Origin: Thalia democratica
Taxonomy: Eukaryota
Assembly: GCA_965202585.1 (NCBI GenBank)
Contig: OZ241831.1
Coordinates: forward strand, 45,446,001-45,510,000
Direction of reading: 5' to 3'
DNA length: 64,000 nt
Each line of letters begins with the position of its first letter. Within the stretch, counting starts at the first letter, position 1. Below are positions 51,421 to 62,705 of this stretch, piece after piece. A model generated the notes under the pieces. That model was not told where the DNA came from and ran no database searches. It worked only from the letters and a program-made list of their open reading frames with translations. The position numbers were made by a program, and so were the translations under genes.

Positions 51421-52307
51421 TTTTTTAACCCTGGTTTGTTTGTCTTGGACTAAATCGGCACAGGGGTCCTTTCATAATGTGATTAAATATTAAAAATAAC
51501 TACGATAAGATAAAACTAGTTAGATCTGTTAATTTTTTTTTTCAATACTTAAGTAAGCTAAAAATAGCATAAGTGAATTAGTTACAAAGTTTACAGGAAA
51601 TTAGAACTTAAAACATCTGTATTTTAGAAAGCACAATAAACTGGTAATTTTTGAAGATCAGAAAAATATTGATAGTCAAATAAAACACTTCTGCTACGAG
51701 AACAATTGTTAAAAAATAATAATTAAAATTTCAGAAACCGCTGGTAGATAGGTTCACAATGAAAAGTAAGTTTTGAGCTTGTTAGTGCAAACATATACGG
51801 TAAGTGCCAAATATAAGGTTCATAACTAATGGGCAAATGTAAGACAATTTTAATTACTTAGTGTATTTTTTTATCAATTAATAAATAATACATAAATCTT
51901 TTTATTTTAATAAAATTTTACATATAGAAAATCAATATAAATACGGCTATATTTACTTGTTTTATTTTATTAGTAAGGATATTTTCTTTTTAAAACGACT
52001 TCGGTTGAGATTTAGACTATTTTATAGAAAGTAACCTTACAAATATTATTCACCTAATTTTTTTCACAAATGTAAAACTGTATTGATAATGAAACTAAGC
52101 AGCAGGTAACTATATTTTAAAGTTTAATAGATTAGCTGATTATTACAATATACACAATTTTCCAAATCACTGAATCATATAAACTTTATATATAAGAAAT
52201 TTAATTAGTTTGTAGATTTTATTTGCATCAAAAATATTCAACATAAACAAATATGAAACCAAGACAAGTTTACTTAACGAAAACTTTGCATTGCAAATTA
52301 ACATAAT

Positions 52308-53675
52308 TTAAGTGAATAAATAATGAAAAAATGATAGAATGAAATCTTTATTACAAGAAGTAACTTTACCCATAAACAAAGTACGATTTTCAAACAAAGT
52401 CATAAACAAAAATGGATGATCAACCGTAAAGTGAACTGGTCTTGGTTTTTTGAAATTTGTAAATACTATTTCATCTACTCCTGTTGCTGCAGCAGCTTCA
52501 GTTCCTTCTTCACTTATCTCAACGAAAGCTTTGTGAACTACTTCAGATACATTGAGTTCTTTTTCTTCGGTTGAAATTGCACTAAAATCTGCATTTTTTT
52601 CGTTAAATGCATCTTCAATTTCATCTATTCCTGTTGCTGCAGCAGCTTCAGTTCCTTCTTCACTTATCTCAACGAAAGCTTTGTGAACTACTTCAGTTAC
52701 ATGGAGTCCTTTTGAACGCATGGACATTGAACTAAAGTCTGCATTTTCTTTATCAAAAGCGTCTTTTATTACCAATGAACAGAATGTTTTGTTCAAACTT
52801 GCTTCATACTCAATTTTGAACTTTGGCATTTTTAACAAGATATATTTCCAATCGAAATTAAAAGAATCATTTAAGCTTTCAATAGTGTCAGCGTCTAAAT
52901 TTTTTATTAAATCACTAATCCCGAACTGTTCATTGGGTAAAACAATAAGCATGCTAAAACTTGTTTGCTTGTAAGGAATTTTGACACACTTGAACCCTTT
53001 TTCATCAACTGCAAAGTATGAATAGAAATCTGTATCTGACATCATTTGAACAGTAGAAGTTTTCTTTTCATTACAATAGAACGTAGCATCTTTGGTGTTA
53101 CTTGACTTGAACTTTCGATCCCAATCACCTTTGAAATGAATACAACTGGCTAGAACACATGCTGTATCAGGATCTAAATCACTTAATAAGTCGTCAATTT
53201 TTTCATTAGTACAACTTGTAACCCAACTATTGATTTTAGTTTTTGTTCCTTCTGCATTTTTATCAAAGTCTGAGGTTTGTATTTGGAATTTAAAAGCTAA
53301 TTCCATGTCACTTTTGCACTTTGCAACCATCTGAAACGTTTGTGATGGAAAAGCAGAATTAGCCAGTTTGATTTGTAAACCTTCAGAGTTGGAATAGAGT
53401 ACATCATTCAGCGCTTTTAGCTTACCAAGATGTTGTTCATCTTTTACAATTCCTAGTTCTTTTTCAAGTTGCTGCTTAGTTGTACCGTTAGAACCCAATA
53501 GTAGCATTGACAAAGCAAGCGAAACGCTTAATGGTGAAAAGAAAATGTTTTTATTTTCGTCAGAGCTTTCACTAAGCAGTTTGAAAAGATTAACATCAAA
53601 CGAATGGACACTTTTGTCATTTTTCAGAGAGCTTATGGATTGCTCGTCACAGGAACTTAAACTCACTAAGCTCAT
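52308..53675 (-). CDS. Serpin 2 (455 aa from the ATG at 53675) with the same 50-aa module duplication and a frameshift-extended C-terminus
   Basis: Paralog of serpin 1 with two EVVHKAFVEISEEGTEAAAATG motifs 150 bp apart. It ends KVTSCNKDFILSFFHYLFT*. Confidence 0.92.
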   Translation of the reverse strand: MSLVSLSSCDEQSISSLKNDKSVHSFDVNLFKLLSESSDENKNIFFSPLSVSLALSMLLLGSNGTTKQQLEKELGIVKDEQHLGKLKALNDVLYSNSEGLQIKLANSAFPSQTFQMVAKCKSDMELAFKFQIQTSDFDKNAEGTKTKINSWVTSCTNEKIDDLLSDLDPDTACVLASCIHFKGDWDRKFKSSNTKDATFYCNEKKTSTVQMMSDTDFYSYFAVDEKGFKCVKIPYKQTSFSMLIVLPNEQFGISDLIKNLDADTIESLNDSFNFDWKYILLKMPKFKIEYEASLNKTFCSLVIKDAFDKENADFSSMSMRSKGLHVTEVVHKAFVEISEEGTEAAAATGIDEIEDAFNEKNADFSAISTEEKELNVSEVVHKAFVEISEEGTEAAAATGVDEIVFTNFKKPRPVHFTVDHPFLFMTLFENRTLFMGKVTSCNKDFILSFFHYLFT

Positions 53676-55220
53676 ACTGAATTTAGGTAAAATTAACAAA
53701 GCTGAAAATTATTTACTATTTATCGTCGACTTAAATTATAATTGAATTGTATCTTGATTAAATAAGAATTCAAATTACGACAATTTAAACTCTTACAAAA
53801 AGTTTTAAGGAGTCAAGTCTAAAAAAGTGGCTTTTATTTAATTTTTCTTCTTTGTAGTCAATGGTCATGTGTGTTAGACTAAAGAAATTATAATGGTAAA
53901 CTAAAATTTGAAAGTTGTTAATAATAATAAAGATACTTCTTGAAATTTCTCGTATTGTAGTAAGTTTAGAAACTTATTTAAGCCATATCTTATAAAAAAA
54001 ACTTTAAGTTCGATTAAAAATTGTTCATGTTTAATTAAGAAATTTGATAGTAAGGTCTTTTTTTAGAAGTTTTCAATAACTTAAAATTGTTAGAATTAGA
54101 ATTTTCTGTGTACAAATGGTCTTGCACCTATTTGTATGAAATTTATGAAGAAAATTAAAATAAGTACATATAAGGCATTGATTAAACTTAAATATTACTA
54201 TTTACTCTGTACTTCGTTACGAACAAATTTAATTAATTATTGTTAAAATGTGTTTTTATATAAATTTTTCTCATCAAATCATTATTATTTTACTTTATTT
54301 AACTTTTACAACTTAATCAAAATGTGTATAACTTACACAAGTATTTAAGCTTCACAACTCTAATAACTTAAACAGTCTACAACAATTAAAAACAAAAAAT
54401 AAATTGTTAGATGCTATTCAAGTGAAAATAAAACAGTAGTAGTGTATATATTTCAATAAACTTTCTAAATACCAAATACTATTTAGAACTTGTACTCGGT
54501 AACAAAAGTAAATTTTAGTTACTTGTTTTTTTTACTGTAGTTTTAACTACTGCGGTACTCACTATGTTTTACTTGCAAATATTCAACTATACATTTATTT
54601 TGCACTTATTTTTACGGGTAGTAAAGATTAATTTAAATCACGTTTATGTTTTTTGTTTCAATTTTATATGATCATTTAAACTTTACACATAATTTACATT
54701 TATTGTAGCATTGATTTCATTCTATTTATTTTTCTTTTTTTTAGTTTTGTAAACAAAATCTACAACACCATAGTCTACTTGAGCCCCTTTGAACAAGAAA
54801 AGCTCAACTAGGACCTTAAGGAAAGAATTGAAGAACCGACAGTTTCTGCAAATTTTCAATAAAAAAATTAGCCACAATTTTTCGCAACAAAATCAAAAAA
54901 AACTATATGTTTTTGGCTAGTATGAAGTGAGTGGTTTCTTACATAAATGTTTGTTAAAATTACGAAATTTTAAATTACAATTTTTAGTTTCAGTTTGCAG
55001 AAAAGCTTGTAGAAAATTTAGATAATGGTGAGACCATTCTAAAATTCTTAAGAGAAGAAGTACTGAATATCAAAAGAAATCGCTTGCAAAATAAGTTCTT
55101 TTGATAGGAGGTTGAAATACAGTTTCATTATCAGAAAATCTTTTCAAACTTGTTAGGTGTTATTAAATAATAACTAAATACATGTAAAACTTAGGTCCAC
55201 CAAACGAAGGTCCACCCTTG

Positions 55221-55458
55221 GATTACTGTTTTGCGTGTGGAGCATAAGACATAAAAAAAAAAGAACCGTCTTTCATGGGTTTCATGGTTAGTTAATTAAA
55301 AAAACTAAGTAAGATAATTGTTACACTTCTTAAACTTAAAGTTAATTCAGATTCAGTGTGAGGTTACGAAATGTAGAAGATGGTTTCACATGAAATGTGT
55401 TGATTTAAATACTGAGCAACCAAAGGAGTTTAAGTTTATGATGTGTGAACATTCTTAA
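55221..55458 (+). pseudogene. Decayed PHD-finger coding remnant with a short intron; possibly transposon-derived
   Basis: DYCFACG at 55221, followed by an in-frame TAA. After the acceptor ttaattcAG (55350) it reads IQCEVTKCRRWFHMKCVDLNTEQPKEFKFMMCEHS*, a C4HC3 pattern with the seventh Cys read as Phe. Confidence 0.65.
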
Positions 55459-56163
55459 CTGATTAAAAATTGTATTTTTTTCGTTGCTGACCTGTGCAAT
55501 AAAATTTAAGTTGAATACAAACATATTTCAGTTCTTTTTCTCCATTTATGATTTAGCTCACAAAAATAAGTTGCTTATACCTAAGCTTGATGAATTTTTA
55601 CAATATTTTTTAAAGAGTAAAAAGTTTTGATAAACCGGCTGATTAGAACAACTTGTTATAACGATCTATTTACTTTTAAATTTGTTTTAACACTACACTT
55701 CAGTAACTTTGTATAATAATCGCATTGCAACAAAAGGTTAAATAACCAGTTCTCAAGACTAAATATTGAGTACTTAAGTACTCAAGTATCTAAATACATA
55801 CTTATTAATGTTTTATAAAAAACTATAGAAAAAGCTATATTCAAACAATATATAGTTTTTAGCTCAGTCTGAAACACCATTTTGCTGTAACATACATTTG
55901 TTTTGAACAACTTAAAAGGAATAACTCTTGAAAACTGAAGGAATTAGTAAAGTGTTATGTTTATTTATTTCTGATTTTGAAACTTAGTTTTAAAGAATCA
56001 AAGAAAAGATAGTTTTAAACAAACATTTATTAAGTATTTAGAATTAATTTTTTATCCAGCCCTGATATTTATTATTCAGCTAATTACAAATTTTCTCCGT
56101 GTACGACCGGCAAGACGGGTTAGACAGTGTTTATTTAGCTTGTAAATAACTTGTGCGAAATAA

Positions 56164-56795
56164 ATGTATAGAAATGTTACAAATCCTTTCAGCTCAACAG
56201 TAAAAACCAACGTAGGTAAAGAAGTTCTAAAGTTATTTGACAAACACTTCACGAAAAATGGACCATTCAATAAAATTCTCAACAGAAACATAATTAAGAT
56301 AAGCTTTTCATGTATACCTAACATCGAACCTGAAATCGCAAAGTCATAGAAGAAAGTAATTTTCGGAAGGAAAATGAAACAAGTTGCAATTTTAGAACTA
56401 AAACCTCGTGCCCAATGGAAAGTAAATGCCTTTCCAAAAGTTTATATATAAAGCTACTGTCACATATAATGATAAAGAACTGCATTATATCAGATTCACC
56501 GAAAAAAACTTCAAAACAAGATACAATGAACATAGGCATAGCTTGAGAAATAATAATCTGAAAGAATCCATAAAAAATTAAGCTCATTTATTCAGACCGC
56601 TAAGTTCAACGAACATATGATCAGAAACAATGTTAAATGGAAGATAATACATGAAATTAATCAACGTAAACCGGGTAGAATATGCACTATGTGTAAAATA
56701 GAAAGATTGGAAACAGCATGCGCTGACAAAAATCATCCCTCTACTCCAGAACTGAACTATTAGGTAAATGCAGATATTTTGCTAAACTTTACTTA
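56164..56795 (+). mobile_element. Decayed Penelope-like element, linker plus GIY-YIG endonuclease
   Basis: Across frameshifts: NPFSSTVKTNVGK..LKL.DKHF...NKI.NRN.IK.SFSC.PN, then CN.R....CP...KCL...YKATV.......HYI..TEK.FK.RY.EH, then WKII....C..C..E. Confidence 0.85.
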
Positions 56796-58087
56796 TAATA
56801 ATAACATTGCTATGTCTATACTTGCAATTTTTGCTCTGTTATAAATATGTTGTGTTTATGCTTGCGTTTTTATCGCATTTGTATTTTTATTATATACTAT
56901 ATCTAATAAGTATTTTTCATCTAACCGTTATAATAACTTAAACGATAGTTCTAAAAGTATTTTCTAAATGTTAATCAAGTACTTGGAATTTGTACTAGAT
57001 TAGGAGACTAATTCAACTTAATCAGTTATAATTAGAATATAATTAGTACTAATTAATAACTTTTAGTAACAGTATATTTAGCCTTGTTTGCCTTGCTTTT
57101 AGGAGTTTTTTAGTTTGTGATCATTGCTTAACACCAAAAACACTGTGTTGAATAAAAACCTCTGAATTTTAAATTGTTTCTTAATATTAATATTTAATTG
57201 CTTTTTTCTAGTTGAGCTCTTTCCGGTAGAAATAAAAATTACCATAAAGTTATCAACATTAGAAATATTAAATAACAAATACTTTGAAACGTGCTTTTTA
57301 TAATGTTTCAAAGTTAAGCTTGTAAATTATTTGTTTTTTCACCCTTAAAATGTCTACCGAAAACAATAAACGGTAATACTCTTAAAAAACTAAGACAAAG
57401 AATAAACTAAAGTTTAAGTATTAATAACTAAGTGAAAAATTTATCTTATAGCTAAAACTTGATATCTAATTCAGTGGTTTCTAAAGTTTTAAAAACTTGG
57501 TATTGTTTATTATTATAAATAGTTTGATAGAAAAATTATATAAGTAATTTAATTATAAAAATTTCATTTAAAAACTTTTTTTAGTTTGTTTTTAGTACTC
57601 ATTTGTTTTTTTTTATTCTTAGATTTTAGTTGCGAATGATGAATTTTGAAATACGAAACTAGATTCAAAATCATACAAAAAAGTTATTAAATATTTGCGT
57701 TTTTGAGGCTGAAAAGACTTCAATTAAAAAGTTGTTAAAGTATAAAAAAAAGTGACATTTACAATACAGAGAATTTTCAACGTACATTTTAATGTTTAGA
57801 CACAGCTATATACTTTAAAATAGCATATATTTTAGCTAAAAAAAGTTAGCCTGCTGAACAACCAAGTAAGTTGAAATATTGACCTATAGCCACCTATATT
57901 AAAAAACTTAGCCCAAAAAGATAACAATACCATTTGATTATTTATTATGGTAGAAAAACATCAGTTTTACTTTTCCCTTCCTCGAAAACAATAACTTTTG
58001 AAGGTCAAGCAAGCAAGTTGTCATCACCTGTAATTCTACCTGACCCTTTAAAATAAACATTAAACTAACAAAAAATGAAAGTTTTGA

Positions 58088-58348
58088 CAAAGTTTATGTC
58101 TAAATAAAAATATATTACTTTACTTTATGCATAGAAGAGCTCATAAGTTATTTTTTAGGCTAGAGAAATAAAATATGACATGTTTGTTTTAGGAAGGCAT
58201 GTAATGCTTCTATACTTAGCTTTTTGTAAAAGTTATTATCTAGGTATGTTTTCAAACAAGTAGCTAAAAATTTACTACAATGTTCATAAAACATAGCCAA
58301 CTTAATAATCCCCATCTTAGAGATCTTTATTTTTATTTTTTGGGGAAT
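58088..58348. repeat. ~260-bp third partial copy of the start of the 1.9-kb repeat unit
   Basis: gcatagaa.agctcataagttatttt...ttttggggaat recurs at ~58876-59088 and ~60784-61008. Confidence 0.9.
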
Positions 58349-58836
58349 ATCACGATGTTGATAACTCAGACAAGCATCGTCTGCAAACAATCTCAATTTA
58401 ATATTTGTAGCTGAAAATATGTCATTTATATATACAAGAAACAACAATGGACCAAAACAAGAACCCTGAGGTATCCCAACATTCAAAATTTCACGCTCAG
58501 AAACAACATTATTTACAACAGTAGACTGACTTCTATCTTTTAAATAACTTTCAATAAAATTTAACATTGAGCATTTTATAATATAACATTTAAGTTTTGA
58601 TATAAAAATTTTATGATTAACAGTATTAAAAGCTTTAGCAAGATCCAAAAAAACAGAACAATTTACCTTTTTTTTTCACCAGCCTCAATCAGTTCCTCAA
58701 CAATCTGATTTACTGCTAACTCAGTTGTACTATTTTTTCTAAACCCATATTGTTTGAAGTGCAGTAAATTATTTGACAGAAAATAACCACTCAGTCTCTC
58801 ACACACCAATGACTCAAAAATTTTAGAAAAATTAAC
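58349..58836 (-). mobile_element. Internal reverse-transcriptase fragment of an L2/CR1-group LINE, truncated at both ends
   Basis: SKIFESLV..RL..Y...NLL...QYGFRK..ST.LAV, then after a frameshift SVFLDLAKAFNTVNH...VGIPQGSCFGPLLFLVYIND...LFADD. The tail of the ORF-track protein (IPQKIK...) is read-through into the flanking repeat. Confidence 0.9.
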
Positions 58837-61800
58837 TGTCTATGTAAAAGTTAATTACTAAATTAAAATTTTTTGCATAGAATAGCTCATAAGTTATTTT
58901 TTAGGCTAGAGAGATAAAATATGACATGTTTGTTTTAGGAAGGCATGTAATGCTTCTATACTTAGCTTTTTGTAAAAATTATTATCTAGGTATGTTTTCA
59001 AACAAGTAGCTAAAAATTTACTACAATGTCCATAAAACACTTAATAATCCCCATATTAGAGATCTTTATTTTTTATTTTTTGGGGAATTTTAACAAAATT
59101 TATCTTTGTTTTTCAAAAGGATTTAGATAACTGCGGTTAAAGGCTACTTAAACAAAATTTAATAGTAAATGAGTCTTTAAAACATATATTTTAGCAACAA
59201 AGTTGTACATTTTAGCAAGTATAACAGTTATTATTTTTAAGTTTTGTGTGTTTATCTAAAGGTTTTTGAACTAACCCTTCAAACCAAAAAATGAAATATA
59301 AATTTAAAAAAAAATATTAACAACTCAAAATGTTTGTAAAAGATTTAATAGTGGAAGTTTAAACAAAACAAAATATTACAGTTTACAAAATCTAATTTAT
59401 AAAAGCTTTTAATTCTTTACTAGTATAGTAGATTGCATTTTAGAGATTGTAAGAAGCTTTAAATTCGTTAAAACTTTGCATTTTTACAACTTATTTTCAG
59501 TTTAAACTTTAATTTTTTATCAAGCTCATCTTGTTACTGTTTTATGCATCTTTTAAACTAACTTAAAACTAACCAAAATATTTTGTTTAACGTGATTGAG
59601 AATAACGATAGTTCTAATTTTGGTTATTTAAAAAAAAATAGCAATATATTTTACTTTCTATGGTTTATTAAACTAGTCATTCTACATACGATAAGTTTAA
59701 AAAGAGATGAAAGCAAAAAGAGCAAACAATTTTGTGAAGACAGTTAAGTTCAAAGTATATCTGCATATATGTTTTTTTGTTAATCTTCTTACTGTTAATT
59801 TTAACTTTTTACGTTTCAATGTGTTGGTCAATATTGTTAGTTGTGTGTATTTTGTGGATGATAATTTTTTTTGACTGCAACACGAAAAGCTGACTTATGT
59901 AGCAGGCCTACTTTTATAACAAATTAGTGAACATTTAAACAAATTATAAAAAATGTAATAATATGCTTCAAAATTAAAAAATACAAAACGCATCGTGCAT
60001 CAACTGTTGGTTTTAATCAAAAAATTTAGAAACAAAATACTTTTTCAATCAAGCAGAATAAAACTAATTAACAGGTACGTAAGTTGAACCGTTCTTTGAT
60101 ACGTATTCTTTTGATAGTATTAAATTAAGTGCTTTTAGTTTTATCATAAGTTGTATACAGGTTAAACTGGTTCAACTCATTTATTTTGTTTTTATTAAAA
60201 AACGAGCGTGAATATAATGATAAAAATAAATTGTTGCAGAGAAGCTTAGGTATAAATTAATTTTAAAGTGATGATAAGATATATCAATCATTTTTATAGT
60301 CAGATAAAATAATCATTTTTGTTATTAAGCTTTTTAGGTTTTGAAATTTAAACTATAAAAGTTTTTACAGTTGTTTATTAAGCGACAAAATAAAAATGCT
60401 CAAATGAAATGTTTATTCCTAGGACCTAGTGCACAAAAAACCTTTTTGGTTATCGAGTCGCACACCACGGATACCTTTTAACGTCTTGTCCAGGACAATA
60501 AAGTTTTTATAATTGTTACGAATATTTTTTTTGCTTCATTTACGTATAAAAATAACTACTTTTTAACTTTTTAACCTTTTATGCTTTTTATACTTTTAAT
60601 TATTTATAACTTTTATTTCTTTCAAGTTTAAATTGTCTAAAACTTTGGCAGTGTAGCGCAGCAATAATCATCCGCATCTTCCACCGCTTCACACGACTTG
60701 TCAAACCATTTTTCTTTTTGAACATCATATGTTCATTAAGTTTATGTCTAAGTAAAAGTTAATTACTAAATTAAAATGTTTTGCATAGAATAGCTCATAA
60801 GTTATTTTTAAGGCTAGAGAAATAAAATATGACATGTTTGTTTTAGGAAGGCATGTAATGCTTCTATACTTAGCTTTTTGTAAAAATTATTATTTAGGTA
60901 TGTTTTCAATCAAGTAGCTAAAAATTTACTACACTGTCCATAAAACACAGCCAACTTAATAATCCCCATCTTAGAGATCTTTATTTTTAAATTTTTTTTG
61001 GGGGAATTTTAACAAAATTTAATTTGATTTTCGAAAGGATTTAGATAACTGCGGTTATAAGCTACTAAAACAAAATTTAAAAGTAAATGAGTCTTTAAAA
61101 CATATAATTTAGCAAGTACAACACTTCCTATTTTTAAAATTTGTGTGTTTATCTAAAGGTTTTTAAACTTACGCTTTTAACCAAAAATATTAAAATACCA
61201 ATTTGAAAAAAATATAATACTACAAAACTTTTTCTAAAATATTTAATAGTGGAAGTTTATAATAAAAATATAAATTAAAATTCACAAAATCTAAGTTATA
61301 AAAGCTTTTAATACTTTATTTATATAGGATTGCATTTTAAAGTTTGTAAAAAACCTTAAATTCGTTAAAACTTTTGCATTTTTACGAATTATTTTCAATT
61401 GAAACTTTTAAATCCTTTTTTTAGTTCTTCTTGTTACTGTTTTACCCATCTTTAAAACTTACTTAAAGCTAACCAAAATATATAGTCAGGCGTGGTAGAG
61501 AAAAACGATAAGTTTAACTTTGGTAATTTTAAAAATTAAAATATAAATATAAATTACTTATTTATGTTTTATCAAACTAGTCATTTTATATACGATATAT
61601 TTTAAAAAAGAGGAAAGCAAAAATAACAGAGCAAATAATTCTGTGAAGACAATTAATTAGAAGTACATATATCAAATTTACTGTAATTATACGTTTTTGT
61701 TAATACTCTTACTATTTATTTTAAATTTTTTGTTTCAATGTGTTGGTCAATCTTTTTAGTTATCTGTATTTAAAGGATGGTAATTTTTTTCGACCACAAC

Positions 61801-62705
61801 ACGAATAGCTGACTTATGTAACAGGCCTAATTTTATAACAAATTAGTTAACATTAACTAGTTTGTAGTAAAATGTTATAATATACTTCCAAATTAAAAAT
61901 CCAAAACGCCTCGGAGTGTCTTTTTTTTTCGTTCTTTAAAGTGTTGGTTTTAATCAAAAAGTTTAGAAACAAGTTATATTTTCAATCAAGATAAAATAAA
62001 AGTAATTACGAGGTACGTAACTTGAACCGTTCTTTGACACTGTATTAAATTAAGTGCTTTTAGTTTAATTATAAGTTATAAATAGCTTGAAATGGATCAA
62101 GTCATTGATTTTGTTTTTATTAAGAAACGAGCGTGAATAAAATGATAAAAATAAGTTGTTTCAGAGAAGCTTGGGTATAAATTAATTTTAAAGTGATAAG
62201 ATGATATACCAGTCTAAAATTTATTTTCAGACAAACCAGACTAATCATTTCGCTTTAAAGTTTACATAAATAAATTTTCTTTTCTTTGTTTTTTTAGAAG
62301 ACTAGAAGTATAAAAGTTTTAATTATAAAAATTTTCTTTACAATTGATCATGAAGCGACAAAGTAAAAATGCTCAAAACGAAATGTTTATTCTTAGGATC
62401 TGGTGCACGAAAAAACTTTTCGGTTATTGAGTTGCACATCACGGATACCTTTTAACGTCTTGTTCAAGAAAATATAGTCTTTCTAATTATTGCGAATATA
62501 TTTTTTACTTTATTTACGTATAAAAGTAACTACTGTTTAGATTTTTCAGCTTTAATGCTTTTTATACTTTTAATAATGTATAACTTTTACTTCCTTCAAA
62601 TTTAAATTAACTAAAATTTTGGTAGTGTAACGCAGCAATAATCATCCGTATCTTCCACCGCTTCACACGACTTGTCAAACCATTTTTCTTTTTGAACATC
62701 ATATT
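58837..62705. repeat. ~1.9-kb tandem duplication (58837-60730 and 60738-62705) of the Kelch-4 3' end and downstream DNA
   Basis: Colinear throughout, roughly 85% identical by eye in non-coding parts. Confidence 0.9.
60637..60729 (-). pseudogene. Orphan last 30 codons plus stop of a Kelch paralog
   Basis: Reads YDVQKEKWFDKSCEAVEDADDYCCATLPKF*; the Kelch-4 tail is YDVQKEKWFDKSCEAVEDTDDYCCVTLPKF*. Confidence 0.85.

Larger units (their letters stand above)
42857..54369 (+). repeat. Segmental tandem duplication, copy 2 (Kelch-3 + serpin-2)
   Basis: Colinear with 31303-42849. Confidence 0.95.

Noticed and set aside
58066-58092. Plus-strand resemblance to the Kelch tail (caaaaaatgaaagttttgacaagt), suggesting an inversion
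   Set aside because: Only ~24 nt with several mismatches in A/T-rich sequence; could be chance.
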